From positions 54 through 64,053 of the forward strand of contig CAZNZW010000008.1 in the NCBI GenBank assembly GCA_964577615.1: 64,000 bases of DNA. The letters run 5' to 3'. Of this stretch, positions 44,966-55,213 are shown one piece after another. The DNA is from an uncultured Desulfobacterales bacterium. Its GTDB lineage: Bacteria > Desulfobacterota > Desulfobacteria > Desulfobacterales > QNYZ01. The notes beneath the pieces are model-generated. The model was not told the origin of the DNA. It searched no databases and worked only from the letters and a program-made list of their open reading frames with translations. The translations under genes and the position numbers were made by a program. Position 1 is the first letter of the stretch, and the number at the start of each line of letters is the position of its first letter.

Positions 44966-45415
44966 TCAGGTTTTGAGCGTGAGCGCCGTTCCATAGGCAA
45001 TGGCCTCCACGCAGCCAACGCCTTTTTTATTGGCCCGCCGGCCGATGGATGCCGTTTCAATGCGGACATTGATGATGGCGGTGGCATCGGGCGCCGCTGC
45101 CCGCATCCGCAGAAGGGCCTCCCGCCGGGCCCGGTCGAGCAGTGTTTCATAAGACACCACCGTCCCCCCGAAGATGTTCCGCAGAGAAGCCAGCAGCCGC
45201 TTGAAATAGTCCACGGAGATAACGGCGCTGCCGGCAACGAGTGCCGCCGCCCGGACTTCGTTTTCCGGGTATGACAGGTTTTCAAGGGTAACGATCGGTT
45301 GCGACAGGTGTGCCGCCTCCCTTTTTTCGATGGAACGGAAATGGCGTTTTTCAGCCATGCTGCCGGCAAAGTAGCCCAGCGTCACCAGAACCAGAAAAAC
45401 AAAAATATTAATCAA
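44966..45415 (-). CDS. YbjQ-like (UPF0145) protein with N-terminal membrane anchor
   Basis: DYFKRLLASLRNIFGGTVVSYETLLDRARREALLRM, AYGTAL; probable TTG start 45415 (ORF track 45523). Confidence 0.8.
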   Translation of the reverse strand: MINIFVFLVLVTLGYFAGSMAEKRHFRSIEKREAAHLSQPIVTLENLSYPENEVRAAALVAGSAVISVDYFKRLLASLRNIFGGTVVSYETLLDRARREALLRMRAAAPDATAIINVRIETASIGRRANKKGVGCVEAIAYGTALTLKT

Positions 45416-45425
45416 GGCACTCTCT

Positions 45426-45740
45426 CTATTCCACCCGGACGGCCGTGCCGTAAACGTATAATTCCGCGGCGCCCTGGGTGATGGAAGAAGTGGAAAACCG
45501 CACATTAACGATGGCAGTGGCACCGAGCTGTTCGGCTTGCTGGATCATTCGGGATGTGGCCTGGCGGCGGGATTCCTGCAGCAGCTTGGTATACCCCTTC
45601 AGCTCGCCGCCGATAATATTTTTCAGGCTGGCCATAATGTCCCGGCCGATATGTTTGGCCCGGATGGTGTTCCCCGAAACCATGCCGAAGTGCTCGACAA
45701 TCGTTTTTCCGGGGATTGTTTCAATATTGGTGACAATCAT
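45426..45740 (-). CDS. YbjQ (UPF0145) family protein
   Basis: GRDIMASLKNIIGGELKGYTKLL, GATAIVNVRF, YGTAV. Confidence 0.9.
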   Translation of the reverse strand: MIVTNIETIPGKTIVEHFGMVSGNTIRAKHIGRDIMASLKNIIGGELKGYTKLLQESRRQATSRMIQQAEQLGATAIVNVRFSTSSITQGAAELYVYGTAVRVE

Positions 45741-45770
45741 GGGTATTTCCTTTCGCGGCTGATGATTTTT

Positions 45771-47318
45771 TTACTTCTTTCTCTGTAAAAATGAGCTTCG
45801 GGTCATGCCGGCGCCCACGGAATCATTTAAGATAATCCGGGCCCGGCGCAACGCATCGAGATTGCGATTAATCGGGATTCCCTGGATTGAATCTGGTTTC
45901 AGGGCGCCGCGCTGCAGATCGTATGGCAGCCGCTGCATGCAGACCACCGAGCAGTTCCCCCGGGTATGAATATTGGTCACCGCCTTGTTGGCAAGAAATG
46001 ACGACACCTCGCTTTTGACGTCCCTGGCGCCATCGGCCAGCAGCTGCTCAAGAGTCAGGGGGATCATGGCAAAATTGGCCTGGTGCTCGATCAGCAGGTC
46101 GATGTCCCGGATAGTCAGCTGGTGGGATGCCAGCAATTTGCTCAAATGGAAACCCGCTCCGCGGGTGGCATAGAGAAAGACGCCTTTACCGTCCATTTCT
46201 CCATACACATCGCCATCGCTTTCTTTTTTTTCCGCCTGAATAAAATGCCCGAAGCATCCATGGGTGCTGGTGGCCGCGTCAACAATACCGTATTTCGGCG
46301 ACACAAAGTCAAACCCCCTCCCCTGGTGAACGGTAACCCGCAGGCGGCCATCGGCACGGGTACGGACAGCCGCAACCGTATGGTATTTTCCCGAGCGGAC
46401 ATACGCCCGGGCAATCAGATCAACAATCCCCGGTTGTCCCGTCATGGTCATGATATCAAACGCAAAACTATTGACCTTTTCCTCATAAAAACGCAACGCA
46501 TCCTTGAAACGGGTAAATACGCCGGCATCAACCGCTTCCGGGTACATCAGTTCCACCATCCGGTGCTGAACCCGGGCCGCCGTTGCCGGTACCCGGTATT
46601 CTATTTTTCCCAGATGATTGTCGACGATCAGGCCGTCGACGCGCTGGCCGTCGGTGACTTCGAGTACCGCCCGGGCAATGGCATCGACCGGATCGGTTCC
46701 CAATGGGTATTCGGCAGGTTCAGACACGGCGTCATTTCCCGCCAGATCAAAGGCGCCGTGTGTCTGAAAAGCGGTGGCCAGGGCATCATCGCCGAAAATT
46801 ATCGACGCCGTATCCGATGACCGGAACGCATTGGCCCTGTGAATATTTTCAGCGCCGACGATCACCGAAAGATCGTCCGGAGACAGCACCCCCGTGGCCG
46901 ACAGCATCAAAAGCATTTCAACGGCCACATTATAGCCGGGACAGCCGGCATACAGGTCGATGGCCACCAGATCGGGATTTTCGTTTTTGATCACTTCCCA
47001 GGGAAATCGAACGAGCGGGCCGGGATCGTATTTATCTTCACCGATATTGGTCGCGCCAATCAGAAAACGGACCCGGGACGGATCCACCGCCGGATCGCTG
47101 AGCAGGTCCTTCAGCGCCAGCACACCGATCCGGGTATCTTCGGGGGCCGCCATCCGCGTCCGGACCCCTATGCGTTCCTCGATCGTCTGGCTGTTTACCG
47201 GGACGTTATTTTTAAACACCATTCCCTTGTCTTCGTAGTAGCTGTTGTCCACCAGTGTACCGCCATTCCAGGCCCCATAGGCCAGAATGGACAAGATCGA
47301 TTCTGTCATGAATATCAT
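45771..47318 (-). CDS. Enlarged 3-oxoacyl-ACP synthase III (FabH)-like protein
   Basis: IEERIGVRTR, AGCPG (Cys), IFGDDA, MDGKGVF, EHQAN (His), RGNCS (Asn); 515 aa. Confidence 0.75.
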   Translation of the reverse strand: MIFMTESILSILAYGAWNGGTLVDNSYYEDKGMVFKNNVPVNSQTIEERIGVRTRMAAPEDTRIGVLALKDLLSDPAVDPSRVRFLIGATNIGEDKYDPGPLVRFPWEVIKNENPDLVAIDLYAGCPGYNVAVEMLLMLSATGVLSPDDLSVIVGAENIHRANAFRSSDTASIIFGDDALATAFQTHGAFDLAGNDAVSEPAEYPLGTDPVDAIARAVLEVTDGQRVDGLIVDNHLGKIEYRVPATAARVQHRMVELMYPEAVDAGVFTRFKDALRFYEEKVNSFAFDIMTMTGQPGIVDLIARAYVRSGKYHTVAAVRTRADGRLRVTVHQGRGFDFVSPKYGIVDAATSTHGCFGHFIQAEKKESDGDVYGEMDGKGVFLYATRGAGFHLSKLLASHQLTIRDIDLLIEHQANFAMIPLTLEQLLADGARDVKSEVSSFLANKAVTNIHTRGNCSVVCMQRLPYDLQRGALKPDSIQGIPINRNLDALRRARIILNDSVGAGMTRSSFLQRKK

Positions 47319-47475
47319 TCCCTTCGCAAGAAAGTATATGGGTGGGCATTGGGCGTATCATGCACGGGAAGTTCTATTGCCCCGATGAGATGATTTTAAA
47401 ATTACCCTGTTTGGAAAGTCAATAGTCATTGCTGAAAAAGGCTGCCGGCCGGATGGATTGGACAAAAAAAAGACA

Positions 47476-47504
47476 TTTACAAAAACGACTAAATTTATTA
47501 TAGA
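47476..47504 (+). promoter_or_regulatory. Putative sigma70 promoter
   Basis: TTTACA-17 bp-TATAGA upstream of 47582. Confidence 0.5.
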
Positions 47505-47581
47505 TGTCATGCTCAACTCCGTCTGGAACGGTTCAGTATTTTACATGCCGATTCAAACCATACTGATTCAAAGGGGACATT

Positions 47582-48499
47582 ATGGGGAAAAACAGCCTGA
47601 TCAAATCCACTGCGAAAAAGAAGAAAAAGCCATCCAAACCCTCCGCGCCCGCCACGCCCAAAGCCACGGAAAAACCGATCCCGAAAACAGGCACGCCGCC
47701 GGTACCCAAAACCGGCGCCGCGGAAAAAACAGTAAAACCGGCGTCTCCTCCGGTGAAAAAAGCGGTACCCAAACCGCCGGAAACCAATAAAACCGCCAGC
47801 GAAAAATCGGCGCCGACACCGCCGAAAACAGAGGCCCCCGCCCCGCCGGTGACGATTACCTACGATACGCCGCAGGCATCCGCGCCCCGGGATCCGATGG
47901 ACAAAACCCTGCTGATCGCCGCCGCCGCGATCCTTTTTCTGACGCTTCTCGTCATCGGTGCCAGCGTGACCAATACCGACAGGTATTATATTAAAACCCG
48001 GCCCATGGGGATCGAAATCTGGCGCGGCAAGTTCGCCCCGCTGGGAGAGAAGAAAGTCATGGCCCTGCCGGATATGACAGCGCCCGAGAAAGGAAAAACC
48101 GTCTACAGCCGTAACGATGTTTATCCGCTCATCTTTACGCATTACCTGAAAAAGGCCGACGCCCTGCTGGCCCGGCCGGGCATGCCCGACTACGAAAGCA
48201 TCCGGGCGTACCTGATCCGGGCCCAGAATTATGCCGTCACCAACGAACTGGCCGATGCCGCCTCCCGGCGCCTGGTCGCCATCGATTTCAACAATCTGCT
48301 CTACCGGGCCGCAATCGCCGGGAACCAGAATACGGTGGAAGACCAGGAAAAGGCGCTCGACTACCTGGCCCGGGCCAGCCGCCTCAAACTGGACGACAAT
48401 CAGATTGACCAGGTCACCCGGCAGCGGGAAATCTGCAAAGAAAAACTGACCCGGCTGCAGAAAACCCGGGCCGCTGAAAATCAGGCGACGGGCGACTAA
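47582..48499 (+). CDS. Single-pass membrane protein with Lys/Pro-rich N-terminus
   Basis: Low-complexity K/P/A/T first ~100 aa, one TM (LLIAAAAILFLTLLVIG), helical C-terminus; RBS AGGGG. Confidence 0.7.
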   Translation: MGKNSLIKSTAKKKKKPSKPSAPATPKATEKPIPKTGTPPVPKTGAAEKTVKPASPPVKKAVPKPPETNKTASEKSAPTPPKTEAPAPPVTITYDTPQASAPRDPMDKTLLIAAAAILFLTLLVIGASVTNTDRYYIKTRPMGIEIWRGKFAPLGEKKVMALPDMTAPEKGKTVYSRNDVYPLIFTHYLKKADALLARPGMPDYESIRAYLIRAQNYAVTNELADAASRRLVAIDFNNLLYRAAIAGNQNTVEDQEKALDYLARASRLKLDDNQIDQVTRQREICKEKLTRLQKTRAAENQATGD

Positions 48500-48506
48500 A
48501 ACGATT

Positions 48507-48541
48507 GCGTACCGGTGCCGGCAGACGCGGCATCGGTACGC
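48507..48541. terminator. Hairpin between convergent genes
   Basis: GCGTACCGGTGCCG / CGGCATCGGTACGC 14-bp stem (one wobble), 7-nt loop. Confidence 0.55.
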
Positions 48542-48646
48542 CTGTCATGGCGCCCGCCGGGCATAAACCCATCCGCCGTTTCTGCCGGCGGCACCGCTGA
48601 TCTCTTTATCCTTCCATGGCCCCGCCCGTTTTTACCGTTTACCCGC

Positions 48647-49651
48647 TCACAGGTTCAGCTCACCGGCACGGATGCACGCCACCTGGTGGGACGACGCGGA
48701 TTCCCCGGCCACCGGAGCCAGGGCGGGCACCTCTTTGCGGCATGCCGTCACCGCGTGGGGACAGCGGGTATGAAAAACGCACCCCGCCGGAGGATGGATG
48801 GGCGACGGCACGTCACCGGCCAGCACCTGCGCTTTTTTCTTTACCGTCGGGTCGGGAATCGGGATCGCCGAAATCAGCGCCGCCGTATAGGGATGCAGCG
48901 GATGGGCGTACAATGCTTCGGCATCGGCGTACTCCATGATCCTGCCCAGATACATGACCGCAATCCGGTCCGAAATATGTTTGACCACGGCCAGATCGTG
49001 GGCAATAAAAAGGTAGGCCAGCCCCATCTCCTTTTGAAGATCGAGGAGGAGGTTGAGGATCTGGGACTGGATCGACACATCCAGAGCGGAAACCGGTTCA
49101 TCGCATATAACGAGTTTTGGATTGAGCGCAATGGCCCGGGCAATACCCACCCGCTGCCGCTGGCCGCCGGAAAACTCATGGGGGAACCGGACCATTGCCC
49201 GGGCGGGAAGCCCCACCCGGCGAAGCAGCTTCCGGACCCTGTCTTCACGGTCGGCGGGCGTGCCGATCCCGTGGATGACAAACGGCTCTTCGATGATATT
49301 CCCGATGGTGTGCCGGGCGTTGAGCGATTCAAACGGGTCCTGGAAAATCATCTGCATTTCCCGCCGGGCGGCCCGCAGCTCGGCGCGATTGAGGCTGGAC
49401 ATGTCCCTGCCATCAAAAATCACCTGTCCGGCCGTGGGCGTATACAGCCGGAGAATACTCCGGCCGGCCGTGGTTTTTCCGCATCCCGACTCGCCGACCA
49501 GCCCGACCGTCTCCCCGGCCCGTATCGTCAGAGAGATATCATCGACGGCATAAACCGTGCCCACCCGGCGACGGAATACACCGCCCAGAACGGGAAAATG
49601 CATCTTCAGATGCCGGACGTCAAGAAGCGTATCAGGAGATTTATTTTTCAT
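48647..49651 (-). CDS. Oligopeptide ABC transporter ATP-binding protein (OppF/DppF family)
   Basis: [39 protein letters not shown]. Confidence 0.92.
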   Translation of the reverse strand: MKNKSPDTLLDVRHLKMHFPVLGGVFRRRVGTVYAVDDISLTIRAGETVGLVGESGCGKTTAGRSILRLYTPTAGQVIFDGRDMSSLNRAELRAARREMQMIFQDPFESLNARHTIGNIIEEPFVIHGIGTPADREDRVRKLLRRVGLPARAMVRFPHEFSGGQRQRVGIARAIALNPKLVICDEPVSALDVSIQSQILNLLLDLQKEMGLAYLFIAHDLAVVKHISDRIAVMYLGRIMEYADAEALYAHPLHPYTAALISAIPIPDPTVKKKAQVLAGDVPSPIHPPAGCVFHTRCPHAVTACRKEVPALAPVAGESASSHQVACIRAGELNL

Positions 49652-49760
49652 TTTTCCTCAAAAAAACGGGTTGCGGACAGTGCCGTCTGAAAAAAACCGG
49701 CTCTGGATTTCCGCCGATCCCGGCCCGGTCGATCCATTCCTCTGCCTGTCGATCCCCTGC

Positions 49761-50738
49761 CTACCGATAAAGATAACATCGCACCCAATGCCCGTCGCCG
49801 ATCTGGGTCAGGGGGGGAGGCGCCAGGCCGCATCCGGCCATGGCATAGGGACACCGGTTCTGGAAACGGCAGCCGTCCGGCAGGTCGTACAGGCTCGGCA
49901 CCATCCCCCGGATGGTGCTGAGCCGGGTCTTGGGCACATTTTCCATCCGGGGAATCGAGGCCAGCAGCCCCAGGGTATACGGGTGCCGGGGGTGGGCGAA
50001 CAGCTCCCGGACCGGTGCCTTTTCGGCCACGGTCCCCGCATACATGACCAGCACATCGTCGCAGATTTCGGCGATCACCCCCAGGGCATGGGTAATAAAA
50101 ATCAGCGCCATACCCGTCTGGCGCTGCAATTGTGTCATCAGGTCGAGGATCTGCGCCTGGATCGTGACATCCAGGGCCGTGGTCGGTTCATCGGCGATCA
50201 GAACCTCCGGCCGCCCGGCCAGCGCCATGGCGATCATCACCCGCTGGCGCATGCCGCCGGACAGCTGATGCGGGTAGGCATTCATCCGCCGCCGGGCTTC
50301 GGGGATCCCCACTTCCCTCAGCAGGGCAACCGATCTGTCCTGGATTTCATTCGTACTCATATCCGGAAAATGGAGCTCAAACACCTCACCCAGCTGCCGG
50401 TGGATCCGGTGGACCGGATTGAGCGCCGTCATCGGCTCCTGGAAAATCATGGCAATGCTGTAGCCCCGGATCTCGTGCATCCGGTCCGCCGGCAGGGTGG
50501 CAATATCCTCATCCTGAAAAAGAATCCGGCCGCTTTCGATACGGCCGTGGGGCCTGGGCAGCAACCGCATGATCGACAGGGCCGTCACACTTTTACCGCA
50601 GCCCGATTCGCCCACGATCCCCAGGGTTTTCCCGGCCGTGACATCAAAGCTGACATCCTCCACGGCACGGATAAGGCCCTGTTCGGTGTCAAAAGCAGTC
50701 ACCAGGTTCTTAACCTGCAGAATAGGGGGTTCGTTCAC
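49761..50738 (-). CDS. Oligopeptide ABC transporter ATP-binding protein (OppD/DppD family)
   Basis: [36 protein letters not shown]. Confidence 0.92.
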   Translation of the reverse strand: MNEPPILQVKNLVTAFDTEQGLIRAVEDVSFDVTAGKTLGIVGESGCGKSVTALSIMRLLPRPHGRIESGRILFQDEDIATLPADRMHEIRGYSIAMIFQEPMTALNPVHRIHRQLGEVFELHFPDMSTNEIQDRSVALLREVGIPEARRRMNAYPHQLSGGMRQRVMIAMALAGRPEVLIADEPTTALDVTIQAQILDLMTQLQRQTGMALIFITHALGVIAEICDDVLVMYAGTVAEKAPVRELFAHPRHPYTLGLLASIPRMENVPKTRLSTIRGMVPSLYDLPDGCRFQNRCPYAMAGCGLAPPPLTQIGDGHWVRCYLYR

Positions 50739-50777
50739 TCGTCATCCTCTGTCCGGCTGGCCGTTGCCAGACGACGG

Positions 50778-52691
50778 TCATTGTTTTTTAAAGGTTTCAT
50801 CAACAGTGGTCTGCGGGGGAAACGTTTTTTTCTTTTTCCGGGCCTTCTTCGTTTCGTCGTGCCGGGTCTTGTCATACCAGAAAAGGCCGCCGGTCATGCT
50901 GTCAAACGGGCTGAACGCGCTGCCCGAATGCCGGGTGGCCGCCGGTGACGGCAGCCGCCACCAGCGCCAGAAAGCCTGCCGGAAATAAGGCCGCATCGTT
51001 TCCGGCACAAAGGCGCCGATGGCATGAATTTTCTCCTGAATGGCCAGGGACAGACGCACCCGCTCGGTCGTTTCCAGGGCGTTTCGATACGCGTCAATCA
51101 TCCGGTCCAGTTCCGGATCGTCGGTGTTGGTGACGTTATTGGTCTGGGGTTTATGCGCATTGTCCGAATGCCAGGTCTGCCAGTAGGACGGCCGCAGTCC
51201 CGTGCCAAAACCCATGATAATCACTTCATGCCGGTTCTCGCTGATCTTCTTGAACCAGGCGCTTGGATCGAGTTTTTCGAGCGTCAGTTCAACGCCGGCC
51301 CGTTTGGCCTCTTCCTTGAGCACCACCAGTTTGGCCGTGTGCCGTTCCGCGCCGTAAGTGACCTTCACGGAAAACCGCCGGCCGTTCCTGGCCCAGATCC
51401 CGTCCGCCCCCCGCTGCCAGCCGGCGGCGGTCATATAATGGTCCACTTTTTCAAGGTCAAATCGCCGGGCCCGGATCCGGTCATTGGAGTAGGGGCCGTA
51501 CCCCACATAGGCCTGCTCGAGCCGGAAAACATCGTTGCGCAATACCTCCCGGATCACCTTACCGATGTTCATGGCATGGGCAAAGGCATACCGCACGTTC
51601 TGGTCCTTGAATATTTCCTTGTCCAAATTGAGCCAGAGTCCAAAAGGCGACCGGGGCGTATCGTTATAGAACCACAGGCGCTGGACATATCCTTTGTCGA
51701 CCACCGGTGTCCGGCTTTTCACGTGCCAGTATTTGGGCTGGTCCATATCAAAAACGTCGATCCGGGCCTTCTTGAAATACTCCCATTCCATGTTGTCGTT
51801 GCGCACAACCGTGTAAATCACCCGGTTGACGTTGAACCGGTTTTTAAAATATTTCAGATCCCGGGCCCACCAGTCTTTCTTGCGCTTGAATTTGACAAAC
51901 TTTCCTTTTTTAAACGCTGAAATCTGATACGGGCCGGTGTTGGGAACAATTTTCCAGTTGTACCGCCGGACAAAATCATCGCCCAGTTCGCCGTAGTAGT
52001 GCCGCGGCGTGGGCGACAGCGACAGTTTCAGGTGGAGGTCCGGCGCGGCCTTTGTGCCGACAACGGCCAGCGTGTAATCGTCGTAGACGATCACCTTGTC
52101 GATCTCCCGGGTAAAATAATCGTTGTACCAGGGCGCGACGATCTTTTTGGAGCGCATGAACACCAGCGTGTAGGCAAAATCATGGGCTGTCACCGGTGTA
52201 CCGTCCGACCAGCGGGCTTTCCGGTTGAGCTTGAAATACATGGTCTTCCTGTCTTTTCCAAAGGCCCAGTGCGTGGCCAGCTCGGGGATAATGCGCATCG
52301 TATTGGGATGCAGCCCGATCAGGCTCAGGTTGTTGCCCAGAATCGCCCCCCGGAAAACCGCGTTGGAATCCGGTCCGACGGTCCGAAACGTCAGGGGAAA
52401 ACTGCGTATGGCCAGATGGAGGGTGCCGCCTTTTTCGGCCCCGGGATCAGCAAAGACCGGGTCCGTGTCATTGGTCAGCCATTTCAGGCCGGCCGGGGGC
52501 GGCGTGGGCGATATCCCGGCCCGGAAAATCTTCTTTTCCCCGGCGGCTCCGGCGCTGTCGCCATCGGTCCGGCCACCGTCGCTGCAGGCGCCACAGATAA
52601 CCAGGGCCGCGAGGAGCCATATTGCCGGGCGCCACCTGCCTTGCCCTGCCGGCCGTGGAACCGGGGAGCCGCTGCTGCCGCGTTTCTGCAT
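50778..52691 (-). CDS. Peptide ABC transporter substrate-binding lipoprotein (family 5, YejA-like)
   Basis: Lipobox CGAC; ADPGAEKGGTL, ARWSDGTPVTAHDF, GPYQI. Confidence 0.88.
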   Translation of the reverse strand: MQKRGSSGSPVPRPAGQGRWRPAIWLLAALVICGACSDGGRTDGDSAGAAGEKKIFRAGISPTPPPAGLKWLTNDTDPVFADPGAEKGGTLHLAIRSFPLTFRTVGPDSNAVFRGAILGNNLSLIGLHPNTMRIIPELATHWAFGKDRKTMYFKLNRKARWSDGTPVTAHDFAYTLVFMRSKKIVAPWYNDYFTREIDKVIVYDDYTLAVVGTKAAPDLHLKLSLSPTPRHYYGELGDDFVRRYNWKIVPNTGPYQISAFKKGKFVKFKRKKDWWARDLKYFKNRFNVNRVIYTVVRNDNMEWEYFKKARIDVFDMDQPKYWHVKSRTPVVDKGYVQRLWFYNDTPRSPFGLWLNLDKEIFKDQNVRYAFAHAMNIGKVIREVLRNDVFRLEQAYVGYGPYSNDRIRARRFDLEKVDHYMTAAGWQRGADGIWARNGRRFSVKVTYGAERHTAKLVVLKEEAKRAGVELTLEKLDPSAWFKKISENRHEVIIMGFGTGLRPSYWQTWHSDNAHKPQTNNVTNTDDPELDRMIDAYRNALETTERVRLSLAIQEKIHAIGAFVPETMRPYFRQAFWRWWRLPSPAATRHSGSAFSPFDSMTGGLFWYDKTRHDETKKARKKKKTFPPQTTVDETFKKQ

Positions 52692-52724
52692 CTTACCTTT
52701 CTCCCTGCCGCTTTGCGTTCATGC

Positions 52725-53768
52725 CTATTCGTACGTCGTGTGCTGTCTGGGATCAAACGCCTCCCGGACGGCTTCACCAATAAAAGTGACGATCATCAGC
52801 GTGACAATCATGGCGCCGATGACCGACCCGGAAATCCACCAGGCGTCGAGGTTGTTCCACCCTTCCTGAATCAGTTCACCCCAGCTCGGCGTCGGTGGCG
52901 GCAATCCGAAACCGAGGTAGTCCAGCGACGTCAGGGCAACAATGCCGCCGGAAACGGAGAACGGGGCAAAAGTCACGATGATGGCAATCGTATTGGGGAT
53001 GATATGCTTGAAGATAATGCGCCGGTTGGATGCCCCCAGGGCCCGGGCGGCCAGAACATATTCCCGGGAGCGTTCCTTGTAGGTCACGGTACGCATCGTC
53101 CAGGTAATCCCCATCCAGCCGAAAACCGCCATGATGAGCACGAGCATCATGAAGCTGGGCACCACGATGGAAGAAATGATGATGATAACGTATAAAAACG
53201 GTACATTGGACCAGATCTCGATAATCCGTTGAAAGATCAGGTCGAAAAAACCGCCCCAGTATCCCATGGCGCTGCCGATGGAGACCCCGATGGCGTAATT
53301 GGTGACGAGCAGCAGCAGCGAAAAAAAGATGGCAATCCGGAAGCCGTAGATGAGCCGCGCCAGAATATCCCGCCCCACGGCGTCGGTGCCGAGATAGTGC
53401 TGCTCGGCCCATGAGGGGGGAAAGGGCGGATAGGCATCCTTCTTCAGGTCGGTTTCCAGGGGGCTGTACGGCACGGGCGGCAGCAGCGCCCAGTTGCCGC
53501 TGTTTTCCTTTTTAAACCGGGCGGCCAGCGCCCGGTAGTTGGTTTCGTAGTCATAGCCCAGATCGAACATTGTGCCGGGCATCATGGCGCGGTAAGTGGG
53601 GAAAAAATATTGCCCGTCGTAATGAACGATAAGGGCCCGGTTGTTGACGATCAGCTCGGCAAAGAGCGAGACGGTCAGCATCAGGGCAAAGATCAGAAAC
53701 GAATAATAACCCCGTTTGATGGATCTGAATCGCCGAATTTTACGGATTGTCAGCGGGTTGAGTGTCAT
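52725..53768 (-). CDS. Peptide ABC transporter permease (YejE-like)
   Basis: RRFRSIKRGYYS, HYLGTDAVGRDILARLIYGFR, EYVLAARALG. Confidence 0.9.
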   Translation of the reverse strand: MTLNPLTIRKIRRFRSIKRGYYSFLIFALMLTVSLFAELIVNNRALIVHYDGQYFFPTYRAMMPGTMFDLGYDYETNYRALAARFKKENSGNWALLPPVPYSPLETDLKKDAYPPFPPSWAEQHYLGTDAVGRDILARLIYGFRIAIFFSLLLLVTNYAIGVSIGSAMGYWGGFFDLIFQRIIEIWSNVPFLYVIIIISSIVVPSFMMLVLIMAVFGWMGITWTMRTVTYKERSREYVLAARALGASNRRIIFKHIIPNTIAIIVTFAPFSVSGGIVALTSLDYLGFGLPPPTPSWGELIQEGWNNLDAWWISGSVIGAMIVTLMIVTFIGEAVREAFDPRQHTTYE

Positions 53769-53826
53769 GGGCGCTGTCAGCCGATCTCCCTGCCGATCCC
53801 GGACACAGAGGGTCCGGATGCCGGTA

Positions 53827-54840
53827 TCATTCGAATTTCACCCGCGGGTCCACCAGGGCCACGCAGATATCCGATAAAATATTGCCAATCATAAAGAGCA
53901 GCGACGAAATCACCAGAATCCCCATGACCACGGGATAATCCCGTTCCACCACCGATTCGTATCCCAGCAGTCCCATGCCGTCGATATTGAAAACGGTCTC
54001 GATGAGAAACGAGCCCATCAGGATGACGGAGACGTTGTTCCCGAAGCTGGTGGCAATGGGGATGAGACTGTTTTGCAGGGCATGCCGGAATATCGCTTTT
54101 TTAAAGGGCAGCCCCTTGGCGATGGCCGTGCGCACGTAGTCGGCCGCCAGGTTGTCCATGAGGCTGTTTTTCATCAGGAACGTCATCACGGTGAACGACC
54201 CGGCCACATAGGCGGTCAGCGGCAGGGCGGTATGCCAGGCAATGTCGATCAGCTTTCCCAGGGCAGTAAAGTCCTCGAAATCATCGCTGACCAGCCCGCC
54301 CAGCGGAAAAATCTCCCAGTGCGAGGCCAGAACGACCAGGGCCAGAACCCCCACCACCCATCCGGGAATCGCATAGCCGATAAAGACCACCACCGACGAC
54401 ACATTGTCAAAGGGGGTTTTGTGCTTGATTGCCTTGAGAATGCCCAGCGGGATACAGATACCGTACGTTAAAACCAACGACAGCATACCAAAATAAAGAG
54501 AGATCGGGATCCGCGCACGGATCATTTCCCAGACCGGATCGTAATAGCGGGTCGACGTGCCCAGGTCGCCGGTCAACACCTTGCCCAGCCATAAAAAATA
54601 GCTGGTCAGTATGGGTTTATCAAATCCATAGTATTTTTTCAGCTCCCCGATCTGCTCTTCGGACAGCGGCTGCGTCTGCTCTGCCGTGCCGCCGCCGATT
54701 CCCGACATCTGCCGGGACTGGGCAATGATCCGCTCGATGGGCCCGCCCGGCACAAACCGGGTGATGATGAATACCATCACGGTGATGCCGATAAAGGTCG
54801 GGATAATCAGAAGTAATCGGCGGATAAAATAGGCGATCAT
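53827..54840 (-). CDS. Peptide ABC transporter permease (YejB-like)
   Basis: AYFIRRLLLIIPT, PGGPIE, YVRTAIAKGL, RDYPVVMG; ORF track start 54954. Confidence 0.9.
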   Translation of the reverse strand: MIAYFIRRLLLIIPTFIGITVMVFIITRFVPGGPIERIIAQSRQMSGIGGGTAEQTQPLSEEQIGELKKYYGFDKPILTSYFLWLGKVLTGDLGTSTRYYDPVWEMIRARIPISLYFGMLSLVLTYGICIPLGILKAIKHKTPFDNVSSVVVFIGYAIPGWVVGVLALVVLASHWEIFPLGGLVSDDFEDFTALGKLIDIAWHTALPLTAYVAGSFTVMTFLMKNSLMDNLAADYVRTAIAKGLPFKKAIFRHALQNSLIPIATSFGNNVSVILMGSFLIETVFNIDGMGLLGYESVVERDYPVVMGILVISSLLFMIGNILSDICVALVDPRVKFE

Positions 54841-54925
54841 GACAGAAACCGTTTCTGAAAGTATCGACCGGCCCTCGCAGGTATCCGGATTGGCCGAAAA
54901 GACGCCGGTCGGGAAAAGAGCATTT

Positions 54926-54954
54926 CTTATACGCCAGCCAGGTATAAATATCAA
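54926..54954 (-). promoter_or_regulatory. Putative sigma70 promoter of the peptide ABC operon
   Basis: TTGATA-17 bp-TATAAG on minus strand. Confidence 0.5.
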
Positions 54955-55147
54955 GGCAGACGCGTACCGTTATTGCCTTGACAGGCAACGCCCGCGCTTC
55001 TCCCTGCCAGATTCATATTCCCCCATCCGGCCGGCGGCCGGAAGACGGCACGGAAAAGACGAATGGATGTTGTCCGGGCAATCACAGGGATGGCACGGTA
55101 TCCGCCCGCCCGTTCGGCTGATCTGGGAACAGGCAGCGGCCGGACAA

Positions 55148-55185
55148 TAAAAAAGGGGAAAGCCGCGTCTGCCGCCCTCCCCTTT
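55148..55185 (-). terminator. Rho-independent terminator of rplM-rpsI
   Basis: Minus strand AAAGGGGA...TTCCCC followed by a T-run. Confidence 0.7.
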
Positions 55186-55213
55186 CACAATCAATCTGAA
55201 TAAATTGTCAATA

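Noticed and set aside
49682-49691. GCCGTCTGAA, identical to the Neisseria DNA uptake sequence
   Set aside because: Only one copy noticed; real uptake sequences would recur many times in 64 kb.
49557-53195. Long + strand ORFs (49557-50948, 51024-51920, 51999-53195) over the peptide ABC operon
   Set aside because: Antisense shadows of well-supported genes; the same applies to 35712-36821, 20058-21392, 24167-25429 and the many similar track entries.
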